Shown piece by piece: positions 56,262-64,000 of a stretch of DNA of 64,000 bases; position 1 is the first letter of the stretch; the number at the start of each line of letters is the position of its first letter. Under the pieces are notes generated by a model. That model was not told the DNA's origin and did not search any database. It saw nothing but the letters and a program-made list of their open reading frames with translations. The translations under genes were made by a program, and so were the position numbers. The DNA is taken from the NCBI GenBank assembly GCA_035634255.1, contig DASQDI010000079.1:53214-117213 (forward strand), in the 5' to 3' direction. This stretch comes from Blastocatellia bacterium. Its GTDB lineage: Bacteria > Acidobacteriota > Blastocatellia > UBA7656.

Positions 56262-58286
56262 ATGATCGAATTCACCGAAGAGATTTGCGGAGACCTGAGC
56301 GCCGCTTCGAGGCGCGAGTGGCTTGAGACTAACGGAATCGGCGGCTTCGCCTCGTCCACCCTGACCGGGCTCAACACGCGGCGCTATCACGGCCTGCTGG
56401 TCGCCGCGACCCGCCCGCCCGTCGGAAGGCTGCTGCTGCTTTCAAAGCTCGAAGAGACTCTCGTCGTCGGCGGGCGGAGATTCGACCTATCGGCCAATCA
56501 ATACCCCGGCGCGATTCACCCGCGAGGCTTCGCCTACCTCAAACGTTTCAGGCTCGACCCCTTCCCCGTCTTCACCTACGGGGTGGAAGGCTTCGAGATA
56601 GAGAAGTCAATCTTTATGATCCATGGCGAAAACTCTTCGGTCGTCCAGTACGAAGCCCGCAGCCTTGAAGGCGCCCGATTAACCTGCGCGCTCGAAGTGC
56701 GCCCGCTCGTGGCCTTCCGCGATTATCACGGCACGACGCATGAGAACGGCGCGCTCGACCCCCGCGTGGAGGTCGAAGAGGGCAGGGCTAGCTTCGCGCC
56801 CTACCGCGACCTGCCCGCGCTCCACTTCGCTCACGACGCGGAAGAGATTCGGCCCGAGGGGTTCTGGTACCGCAGCTTCGAGTACGAGGCCGAGCGCGAG
56901 CGGGGGCTCGATTTCAAAGAAGACCTCTTCAATCCATTCGCCCTCACTTTCGACCTTTCGCGCAAGCCGCGCGCGGCCATAATCGCTTCGACCGAGCCGC
57001 GCGACGCGGCGGCGGCGGGCTCTTACCGCATGACCGAGCTGGGCAGGCGCGAGCGGCTTCAGTCCGCCCCGCCGGGCGGCGAGCTTGCGCGGGCGCTAGT
57101 CTCTGCCTCCGACCAGTTCATCGTCGCGCGCGGGGACCACAAGACGGTCATCGCGGGGTACCACTGGTTCACCGACTGGGGCCGCGACACGATGATCGCC
57201 CTGCCGGGCCTCACCCTGGCGACCGGGCGCTTCGACGTTGCGAAGAGCATCCTGCTCGAATTCGCCCGCCACCTCGATCAGGGCATGCTCCCAAACCGCT
57301 ACCCCGACGCGGGAGAGGCCCCCGAATACAACACAGTGGACGCGACCCTCTGGTTCTTCGAGGCGGTTCGCTCGCTCGCGGATTACAGCAGAGATTATGA
57401 ATTCATACGGCGGAATCTTTATGAAGCGATGGCCGAATCGATAGACTGGCACGTGCGCGGCACGCGCTTCGGCATACGGGTGGACGAGGACGCCCTGCTC
57501 GCCTCGGGGGCCGAGGGCGCGCAGCTCACGTGGATGGACGCGAAAGTGGGGGATTACGTCGTGACCCCCCGGCGCGGGAAGCCCGTCGAGATTCAGGCTC
57601 TATGGTACAACGCCCTCCGCGTCATGGAAGGATTCGCGCGAAGATTCGGGGAAGCCGGGCGCGAGCGGCTATTCGGCAGGATGGCCCGGCGCGCGAAGCG
57701 GAGTTTCAATAAAAAGTTCTGGAATGAAGATGAAGGCTGCCTCTACGACGTGGTCGGTGGCGGCGCGCCCGCCCCTTCGGCAGACCCTTCCGTCCGCCCC
57801 AACCAAATTTTCGCGGTCAGCCTGCCTCACGCAATGCTCTCGCGGGATAAGGCGAGGCGCGTGGTCGAAACGGTCGAGCGCGACCTGCTCACCCCCTTCG
57901 GGCTGAGAAGCCTCTCGCCGGCGGATGCTCAATATATCGGGCGGTACGAAGGCGACCCGTGGCGGCGGGATGTCTCCTACCATCAGGGGACGGTGTGGTC
58001 GTGGCTGATGGGGCCATTCATCACCGCGTACATCAAAGTGAATTCGGCAAACGAACCCGGCCGGGCGCGTGCCCGCGCTCGCGCCGAGGGGTGGGTCGCG
58101 GCCTTTCGCGAGCACCTCTTCGACGCGGGCCTTAATCAGGTGTCAGAGATATTCGACGGGGACGCTCCGCACGAGCCGCGCGGCTGCATCGCGCAGGCGT
58201 GGAGCGTGGCCGAACTATTGCGCGCGACGTTCGAGGATATTTACGAGCTTAAGCCGGCCGGGCGGAGCAGCGCCGCCGGCGCTTAG
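56262..58286 (+). CDS. Glycogen debranching enzyme-like amylo-alpha-1,6-glucosidase
   Basis: REWLETNGIGGFASSTLTGLNTRRYHGLLVAA N-terminal domain. GYHWFTDWGRDTMIAL and YHQGTVWSWLMGPF in the GDE_C region. Confidence 0.85.
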   Translation: MIEFTEEICGDLSAASRREWLETNGIGGFASSTLTGLNTRRYHGLLVAATRPPVGRLLLLSKLEETLVVGGRRFDLSANQYPGAIHPRGFAYLKRFRLDPFPVFTYGVEGFEIEKSIFMIHGENSSVVQYEARSLEGARLTCALEVRPLVAFRDYHGTTHENGALDPRVEVEEGRASFAPYRDLPALHFAHDAEEIRPEGFWYRSFEYEAERERGLDFKEDLFNPFALTFDLSRKPRAAIIASTEPRDAAAAGSYRMTELGRRERLQSAPPGGELARALVSASDQFIVARGDHKTVIAGYHWFTDWGRDTMIALPGLTLATGRFDVAKSILLEFARHLDQGMLPNRYPDAGEAPEYNTVDATLWFFEAVRSLADYSRDYEFIRRNLYEAMAESIDWHVRGTRFGIRVDEDALLASGAEGAQLTWMDAKVGDYVVTPRRGKPVEIQALWYNALRVMEGFARRFGEAGRERLFGRMARRAKRSFNKKFWNEDEGCLYDVVGGGAPAPSADPSVRPNQIFAVSLPHAMLSRDKARRVVETVERDLLTPFGLRSLSPADAQYIGRYEGDPWRRDVSYHQGTVWSWLMGPFITAYIKVNSANEPGRARARARAEGWVAAFREHLFDAGLNQVSEIFDGDAPHEPRGCIAQAWSVAELLRATFEDIYELKPAGRSSAAGA

Positions 58287-58316
58287 GCCGACGCCGGGAT
58301 GGAATAAAACCGCTCT

Positions 58317-58538
58317 GTGGACGCGGCCTTGAGGCTGCGGTTCGAGGTCTTCAACCTTGAGCTTGGAGAAGGGCTCGAATCCTCCTTTCAAACCGGCCGG
58401 GACTCGGATGAGTTCGACGAGACGTGCCATCACCTTGTCGTCTACGAGACGGCGAGGGGCGAGGTCGTCGGCACCTACCGCATGCAGACATCAGAGATGG
58501 CGCGGGCCGCGCGAGGCCTCTACTCCGCCGGTCAATGA
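58317..58538 (+). pseudogene. Fragment of a GNAT-type N-acyltransferase (OlsB/hemolysin-like family)
   Basis: [16 protein letters not shown]...[12 protein letters not shown]...VVGTYRMQ...LYSAG, then a stop. Only about 70 aa are present, whereas family members are several-fold longer. Confidence 0.55.
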
Positions 58539-59010
58539 CTTTTCTCGATCACGTGGCAAGGCTCTTCTCCCTGACTGAAATTTACGCGACCCTCAGCTTC
58601 GGCCCCGAGCCGGTTCGCGACGGCGACCGGAAAGCGCTGGCGGGAAAGCTGTGGCGAGCAGTCATGGATGAATTCACACCGGCGGTTATATTGGAGGAAG
58701 AATGCGCCCCCCGGCATCCTGATCGAAGACAACATCCACGCCCTACGGCAGGGAATCGAACTGATAGAAAGCATCGATCACCGCCTCTTCGTGACCCCGA
58801 CGCCGCCTCAATGGGCCGGATCGATTATGAAGACAGGCGGAGGAACGTTCTGGCCGAATCGGACCGCGGGCTCGCGATAATCGAGGCCATGTCGGTTTCG
58901 AAGGCCGGCGAGTCAAAGATCGGAATCCTTCGCGGCCTCGGCGGCGTGAAGGATTTTGTGGCCCGCGCGTCGCTGATAGAAGGGGCCTCGACCCATTCGC
59001 GAAGCTCTAA

Positions 59011-59249
59011 AAAGCGAATCGCTTCATCTCAGAAAACGACCTCTGCTTTCCCGTGGTCCTGAAGCCGAACGAGGGCCAGCGCGGGTCGGGCGTTATGATC
59101 GTCGGATCGGAGGGCGAGTTAAAAGACAACCTGAATCGCTCGCGGGTGGACATGCTGATTCAGGAGTACGCGCCGGGTTCGAGTTCAGAGTCTTCTACAT
59201 CCGCCGCCCGGAGGAAGAGAGGGGCACGATCTTTTCCATAACCGAGAAG
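59011..59249 (+). pseudogene. ATP-grasp gene fragment, frameshifted and truncated at both ends
   Basis: FPVVLKPNEGQRGSGVMIV...MLIQEYAPG in one frame continues as GFEFRVFYIRRPEEERGTIFSITEK in another (1-nt shift near 59176). There is no N-terminal domain and no C-terminal half. Confidence 0.55.
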
Positions 59250-59495
59250 GCCGGTGACCCCCATTGAAAGGACCGCCCCCAGACTCACGGTCGAGGGGAT
59301 GAGCAGCAGGACGGAGGCTATCAACTCGACTATGCCCGAACCTATCCTGCCCCACGGCTCAAGGCCGAGGGTAGAGAATATGTAGACCGATTCTTCCGCT
59401 CCGGTGAATTTGAAAAACAACGTCTGCAAAAGGATGACGGCGGCCGCGATTTGAAATACCCAACTGAGCACGTCTTCTACTCTGCTCAAACTCAT
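59160..59495 (-). pseudogene. DoxX-like membrane protein, 3'-truncated
   Basis: ILLQTLFFKFTGAEESVYIFSTLGLEPWGRIGSGIVELIASVLLLIP is DoxX-like. After about residue 85 the reading frame runs antisense through the ATP-grasp fragment. Confidence 0.5.
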
Positions 59496-59610
59496 AAGGC
59501 GTTTCTCCTTTCAAGGTTTGCTGGCTCTCTTTCAAATCGTTTAATCCCGGCCCGGCGTCTGATTATTCCCGCCCTCGTCCCGGCTATTCACGCGATCAAT
59601 ACGGGGCCGC

Positions 59611-60534
59611 TCACCTGACGCCCGCCGCGACCTCCGCGATCAGGTTTCTCATCCACGTGTGCGCCGGGTCCCCGTGAATCCGCTCGTGCCACACCATCGT
59701 CAGGCGGAATGGCGGGATGTTTATGGGGACGGGCAGCACTTGCAGCTTTGCGAGCTTGCTGAATTTCAGGGCGAGCCGTTCGGGCACCGTGGCTATGAGG
59801 TCCGATTCGGAGACCATGAACGGGACGCTCGCGAAGTGCGGCACAAGTACCGTCGAGTGGCGCGAGAAACCTTTCTGCGCGAGCAGGGTGTCGATGATGC
59901 CAGGGCCTTCCGTTTTATAAAACACCGCCGCGTGCCGCGCCGCCACGTACTGGCGCAGGGACACCTTGCCCCGGATCGAAGGGTGCGCGGCGCTGGCGAT
60001 GCAGACGTTCTTCTCCTCCCACAAAAGCTCGAAGTGCAGGGCCGCGTCGAGCGCGAGCGCGTCGGGAAAGAACCCGATGGCCAGGTTCAACGAGTCCGCA
60101 AGCTGCGCGGGCGTCGGGGCCTGAAATACGCTGGCCGAGCGGTGGATTCTCAGGTTTATCCCGCTCGCGCGCTGGCGCAGGGTGCGCAGGAGGGGTGCGA
60201 GCAGCATGATCTCCGTGTAGTCGTTGGTCATCACCTGAAACGTGCGCCGGGAAGCCGAGGGGTCGAAGGCGGGCTTCTCTTCGAGGGCCGCCCGCAGTTG
60301 CGCGAGCGCCTCACGGACGGCCGCTATCATCGCCCGCGCCGCGGGGGTCGGGGCCATCCCGGTGGGCGTACGGACCAGCAGCGGGTCGTTGAACGTGCGG
60401 CGGAGCCTCGTCAGCGCGTTACTCATCGCGGGCTGGCTTAGCCCCACGCGCCTCGCCGCGCGCGTGACGTTGCGCTCCTCCATCAGGGCTTCGAATATGA
60501 GCAGCAGGTTGAGGTCGAAAGATTTGAGGTTCAT
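59611..60534 (-). CDS. LysR-family transcriptional regulator
   Basis: FDLNLLLIFEALMEERNVTRAARRVGLSQPAMSNALTRLR helix-turn-helix plus a substrate-binding domain. Confidence 0.9.
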   Translation of the reverse strand: MNLKSFDLNLLLIFEALMEERNVTRAARRVGLSQPAMSNALTRLRRTFNDPLLVRTPTGMAPTPAARAMIAAVREALAQLRAALEEKPAFDPSASRRTFQVMTNDYTEIMLLAPLLRTLRQRASGINLRIHRSASVFQAPTPAQLADSLNLAIGFFPDALALDAALHFELLWEEKNVCIASAAHPSIRGKVSLRQYVAARHAAVFYKTEGPGIIDTLLAQKGFSRHSTVLVPHFASVPFMVSESDLIATVPERLALKFSKLAKLQVLPVPINIPPFRLTMVWHERIHGDPAHTWMRNLIAEVAAGVR

Positions 60535-60545
60535 AAGATTTCCGT

Positions 60546-60560
60546 ATTCACGCTGTGAAT
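60546..60560. promoter_or_regulatory. LysR-type T-N11-A dyad (ATTCAC-GCT-GTGAAT)
   Basis: Perfect inverted repeat in the divergent intergenic region between the lysR-like gene and the serine hydrolase gene. Confidence 0.4.
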
Positions 60561-60662
60561 GGACCATATTATAACAATCTATAAAACGAATCCCGACCTT
60601 TCGCGTTTATCCTATTGCGAAACCGATATCATTAATTACTAGCGGTACGAGGTGAAGGAATT

Positions 60663-62189
60663 ATGAAGATAAGGCCGAATTTCACACTACTCTCTTCGAC
60701 GGGCGTCGTGATGGCTCTGGTCGTCTCCTCGATGCTCTCGCTACCGGTCGCGAGAGCGCAGCAGCCCGCGAACGGCGCGGAGTTCCCAGCCACGCCCGTG
60801 GGCAAGCTCGCCCGCTCGTTCGTGGAAGCGATCAACAGCGGGGATAAAGAGCGGCAGGCCAGCTTCATCAAGTCGGGGTACTCGGACTCGGTCCTCAAGG
60901 AGACCCCTATGGACGAGCTCGTGTCGGAGCTTCAAAAGCTCTCCGCGCAGAGCGGGGGGTTCGAGCTAAAAAGCATCATAGACTCGTCCCCCTCCGAGAT
61001 CAGGTTCCTGACGCGCACGAAGCGCGGGAACATCCACGTTCGCATGCTCATGCGCGTGGACAAGGCGCAGCCCGACAGGCTGGAAGGTTACGGCCTGAGG
61101 GTCGTCGCCGACCCCGAGGCGGAGAAAGCGAACGCCTGGTCGAGGGAGAAGATGGGCGACCCCGAGGCCATAAAGGAGATCGAGCGGCACGTCGAGCGCG
61201 CGGCCAGAGAGGACAGGTTCTCGGGCGTCGTGCTGGTCGCGAAAGGCGACTCCGTCATCTTCAACAAGGCGTACGGCATGGCCGAGAAGGTCTTCGGCGC
61301 CCCCAACAAGGTCGACACGAAATTCAACCTCGGCTCGATGAACAAGATGTTCACGAGCGTCGCGATAGCGCAGCTCGTGCAGGCGGGCAAGCTCTCCTAC
61401 GACGACACGCTCGCGAAGGTCTTGCCCGAGTACCCGAACAAAGAGGTGGCCGGGAAGGTTAAGGTCCACCACCTGCTCACGCACACTTCGGGGCTCGGGG
61501 ACTTCTTCAAGCCCGAGTTCTTCCAGAATCGCGAGAGGTACAGGAACCCGCGCGACTACTTCCCCATCTTCGCAAACGACGCCCTGTTGTTCGAGCCGGG
61601 CACGCGGTGGAGGTACAGCAACGCATCCTTCATAGTGCTCGGGGCGGTGGTCGAAAAAATATCGGGCGAGAACTATTTCGATTACGTGCGCGAGCACATC
61701 TTCAAGCCCGCGGGGATGAACGACACGGGCTCGTTCGCGATGGACGAAGTGACCCCGAACCTCGCGGTCGGCTACACACGGTTCGGGGCCGGCGACCCTC
61801 TGGGGTTGGAGCCGCGCCGCGCGAACTGGATGAGCCTGCCCCTGAAAGGGAGCCCCGCGGGGGGCGGGTACTCGACCGCGCCCGACCTGCTCAGGTTCGC
61901 GCAGGCCCTGCGCCGGAACAAGCTGCTGAGCCCGGAGCTGTCTGAAAAGATCACGAGCGGGTCGGTGGACACGGGGCAGGGCGGCCCGGCGAAATACGGC
62001 TACGGTTTCTCCGATGAGCTGAAGGGCGGCAAGAGCGTGCGAGGGCACAGCGGCGGCGCTCCCGGAATCAACTCGGACCTGAAGATATTCTGGGACGGCA
62101 GCTACACGGTCATAGTGATGGGCAACTACGACCCTCCCGCCGCGCAGAGCCTAGCGGGCAGTATCGCGGACTTTCTCGCGAGACAGTGA
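60663..62189 (+). CDS. Secreted serine hydrolase (beta-lactamase/PBP4-like family)
   Basis: Signal peptide. SMNK (SxxK), YSN and HSG motifs in the canonical order. Confidence 0.85.
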   Translation: MKIRPNFTLLSSTGVVMALVVSSMLSLPVARAQQPANGAEFPATPVGKLARSFVEAINSGDKERQASFIKSGYSDSVLKETPMDELVSELQKLSAQSGGFELKSIIDSSPSEIRFLTRTKRGNIHVRMLMRVDKAQPDRLEGYGLRVVADPEAEKANAWSREKMGDPEAIKEIERHVERAAREDRFSGVVLVAKGDSVIFNKAYGMAEKVFGAPNKVDTKFNLGSMNKMFTSVAIAQLVQAGKLSYDDTLAKVLPEYPNKEVAGKVKVHHLLTHTSGLGDFFKPEFFQNRERYRNPRDYFPIFANDALLFEPGTRWRYSNASFIVLGAVVEKISGENYFDYVREHIFKPAGMNDTGSFAMDEVTPNLAVGYTRFGAGDPLGLEPRRANWMSLPLKGSPAGGGYSTAPDLLRFAQALRRNKLLSPELSEKITSGSVDTGQGGPAKYGYGFSDELKGGKSVRGHSGGAPGINSDLKIFWDGSYTVIVMGNYDPPAAQSLAGSIADFLARQ

Positions 62190-62311
62190 TCACTGCTCGC
62201 GGGGACGCGGCATGTTTCTCGGTGTGAGATCATGCCGCGTCCCCGCGCCGGAAATCATGAAGGGTTGTCTCTATGGAATCCCGGCCGGCCCCCCGTCACT
62301 TTGTCGCTTCG

Positions 62312-62848
62312 TCACCTGATGCCGGAGCGGCATCGCAGGGTGAGCGCATTACCCGGCAGTCTGGAAGGTCCCTTCATCTCAAGGACTCGGGACGAAGGGA
62401 CACTTACGGCCTTCGCGGAACTCTCCCACGCGTCGGGGTAGAGGTCCACGTCGAAGTACTCTTCGGAGGACGCGAGCTTCGAGGCCTCCTCTTCCGTCAC
62501 GAACCCGACTAAATGGACGGAGCCGTCCGCGAGCTTATGCATCTCGAAGCTGTGGAAGCTCTTCTGCGCGAACAGGGGCGACTCCTGCTGCGGCGCGTAA
62601 GTGAACCCGTAGACTCCGTTCGGCAGGCGGGCGATGCCGAAGCCGCGCTCGCTGTCGTCGATCAGCCGCACCTTGTTGGCCGCCCGCAGGTGCTCGACGC
62701 CCGCCGAGGGTTTCGGGCTTCCGGCGGGGGAACCTCCGGGGTTATCGTCTGGTGTATCTTCCGGCCCTGGCCTGGAGCTTGTTGCCAGCCCCATCACTCC
62801 AATGGCAGACAGAAGAACACCGCTCCAGATCAAGCCTGTTACGATCAT
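62312..62848 (-). CDS. Membrane-anchored hypothetical protein
   Basis: ATG at 62848. TM segment LIWSGVLLSAIGVMGLA, then a Pro/Gly-rich linker. The 3' end is uncertain. Confidence 0.4.
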   Translation of the reverse strand: MIVTGLIWSGVLLSAIGVMGLATSSRPGPEDTPDDNPGGSPAGSPKPSAGVEHLRAANKVRLIDDSERGFGIARLPNGVYGFTYAPQQESPLFAQKSFHSFEMHKLADGSVHLVGFVTEEEASKLASSEEYFDVDLYPDAWESSAKAVSVPSSRVLEMKGPSRLPGNALTLRCRSGIR

Positions 62849-62981
62849 CGGTCTGTCTCCGGTTGTGCGAATATAAAAAACGCCAATTATATTAGTGAGG
62901 CCGCCCGCCCGAATCAAGCCCGGCTCGCGGCCTGAATCGACTTCCTTCTTCGCTCCCGTTCGGATAATAATAGTCGATCTC

Positions 62982-63680
62982 ATGGCCGGTCGGAAAAAAA
63001 ATCAAACAGGGCCGAATGCTGATGGCTACCGCTTCGACCCGTCGGAGGCCGTCGCCCATCTCTCGGCGGCCGACGAGCGGTTAGCTCTCCTGATGCGGCT
63101 GGTCGGCCCGTTTAACATGCAGATCAGGAGCATGCACAACCCCTTCGAAGCTCTCGCCAGAAACATCGTCTACCAGCAGTTGCACGGGACGGCGGCCTCG
63201 GCGATCCACGCCCGAGTCCTCGCGCTGTTCGACAGGAAGGACCGCCTCCGGCCGCGCGACATCCTGGCCGCGTCGGAGGAAGAACTGCGCGGCGCGGGCC
63301 TCTCGCGCGCCAAGACCGCGGCCCTGAAAGACCTCGCGGAGAAGACCGTCTCGGGCGTCGTGCCTTCGCTCGCGCGCCTTGAGAAGATGTCGGACGAGGA
63401 GATCATAGAGCGGCTCTCCGCCGTGCGCGGCATCGGGCGCTGGACCGTCGAGATGCTGCTGATCTTCCGGCTCGGCCGGCCCGACGTGCTGCCGGTCGGG
63501 GACTTCGCGGTCCGCAAAGGGTTCGGCCTCGCCTACCTTTTGGGCCGCCCGCCCGCCCCGAAGGAGCTGGCGCTTTACGGCGAGCGGTGGAAGCCCTTCA
63601 GAACCGTGGCGAGCTGGTACCTGTGGCGGGCGTCGGAGCTACCCCCGGAAGTTTTTGAAGAAGTCAGGGGTGAGAAATAG
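62982..63680 (+). CDS. DNA-3-methyladenine glycosylase II-like (HhH-GPD) protein
   Basis: FEALARNIVYQQL, LRGAGLSRAKTAALKDLA and VRGIGRWTVEMLLIF...DVLPVGD motifs. Confidence 0.85.
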   Translation: MAGRKKNQTGPNADGYRFDPSEAVAHLSAADERLALLMRLVGPFNMQIRSMHNPFEALARNIVYQQLHGTAASAIHARVLALFDRKDRLRPRDILAASEEELRGAGLSRAKTAALKDLAEKTVSGVVPSLARLEKMSDEEIIERLSAVRGIGRWTVEMLLIFRLGRPDVLPVGDFAVRKGFGLAYLLGRPPAPKELALYGERWKPFRTVASWYLWRASELPPEVFEEVRGEK

Positions 63681-63704
63681 ACAATCTTATTTGAAAGGAA
63701 TCGA

Positions 63705-64000
63705 ATGAAAATTCTGGTACTGGGCGCGGGTCGAATGGGCCTGGGCGCGGCCTTCGATCTTATTCATAACTCCGGCGCGGAATCCGTAACGATTGCAGAC
63801 GTGGACGCCGGGCGGCTGAGCGCGGTGGCCGAAAGGATCGGCAGCCCGAAGCTAGTCACGGAGCAGGCCGACGCTTCAGACTACGGGCAGGCGGTCGGGC
63901 TGATGCGCGGGCACGACGCGGCCATCAGTTGCGTCGTCTACCCTCTCAACCACCAGCTCGCGCGGGCCGCGATAGAGGCGAAGGTGAGCTTCTGCGATCT
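63705..64000 (+). CDS. Saccharopine dehydrogenase-family protein (partial, runs off the window)
   Basis: MKILVLGAGRMGLGAAFDL Rossmann N-terminus. No stop codon before the window end. Confidence 0.7.
   Translation, partial: MKILVLGAGRMGLGAAFDLIHNSGAESVTIADVDAGRLSAVAERIGSPKLVTEQADASDYGQAVGLMRGHDAAISCVVYPLNHQLARAAIEAKVSFCD

Noticed and set aside
55139-56377. 412-aa ORF on the minus strand
   Set aside because: It is antisense to the glucose dehydrogenase gene. It has shadow composition and no motifs.
60966-62048. 360-aa ORF on the minus strand
   Set aside because: It is antisense to the serine hydrolase gene, whose SxxK/YSN/HSG motifs support the plus strand.

Overview
High-GC (by eye roughly 60-65 % G+C), gene-dense chromosomal segment from a diderm bacterium. 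Beta-barrel outer-membrane proteins, Sec/Tat signals, a CarboxypepD_reg protein and a cytochrome-c fusion protein suggest an Acidobacteriota-like soil lineage, but that is inference only. I support about 65 protein genes on both strands. I recognised no rRNA, tRNA, CRISPR array, transposase or integrase. Most genes are ordinary enzymes: YhbY, PhyH-type and IPNS-type 2OG oxygenases, M28/M43/M10 metalloproteases, DJ-1, VOC/glyoxalase proteins, GNAT, DinB, Def, AlkD, AlkA, MsrA, 1-Cys peroxiredoxin, a B3 metallo-beta-lactamase, a serine hydrolase, and a GH63 / glucose dehydrogenase / debranching-enzyme operon. Items worth a second look: (1) an unannotated 56-aa ORF at 48410-48580 (-) with both microviridin/marinostatin hallmarks (PFFARYL leader, TLKYPSDTDE core) and no adjacent ATP-grasp ligase; (2) a low-GC single gene encoding an LRR-Roc-COR-TIR protein (19138-21639); (3) a two-gene cassette of a SLOG/YpsA-like Rossmann protein plus a patatin phospholipase (10706-12455); (4) a DUF433/DUF5615 toxin-antitoxin pair with a frameshifted toxin; (5) a repeated hairpin-like element in two inverted copies (about 38.9 kb and 50.9 kb); (6) a decayed region at 58.3-59.5 kb with gene fragments in several frames; (7) a ClpX-like AAA+ protein lacking the Zn finger; (8) a textbook MerR-type promoter. 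Long ORFs antisense to recognised genes are treated as high-GC shadow ORFs. All family assignments come from motif recognition by eye; no searches were run.
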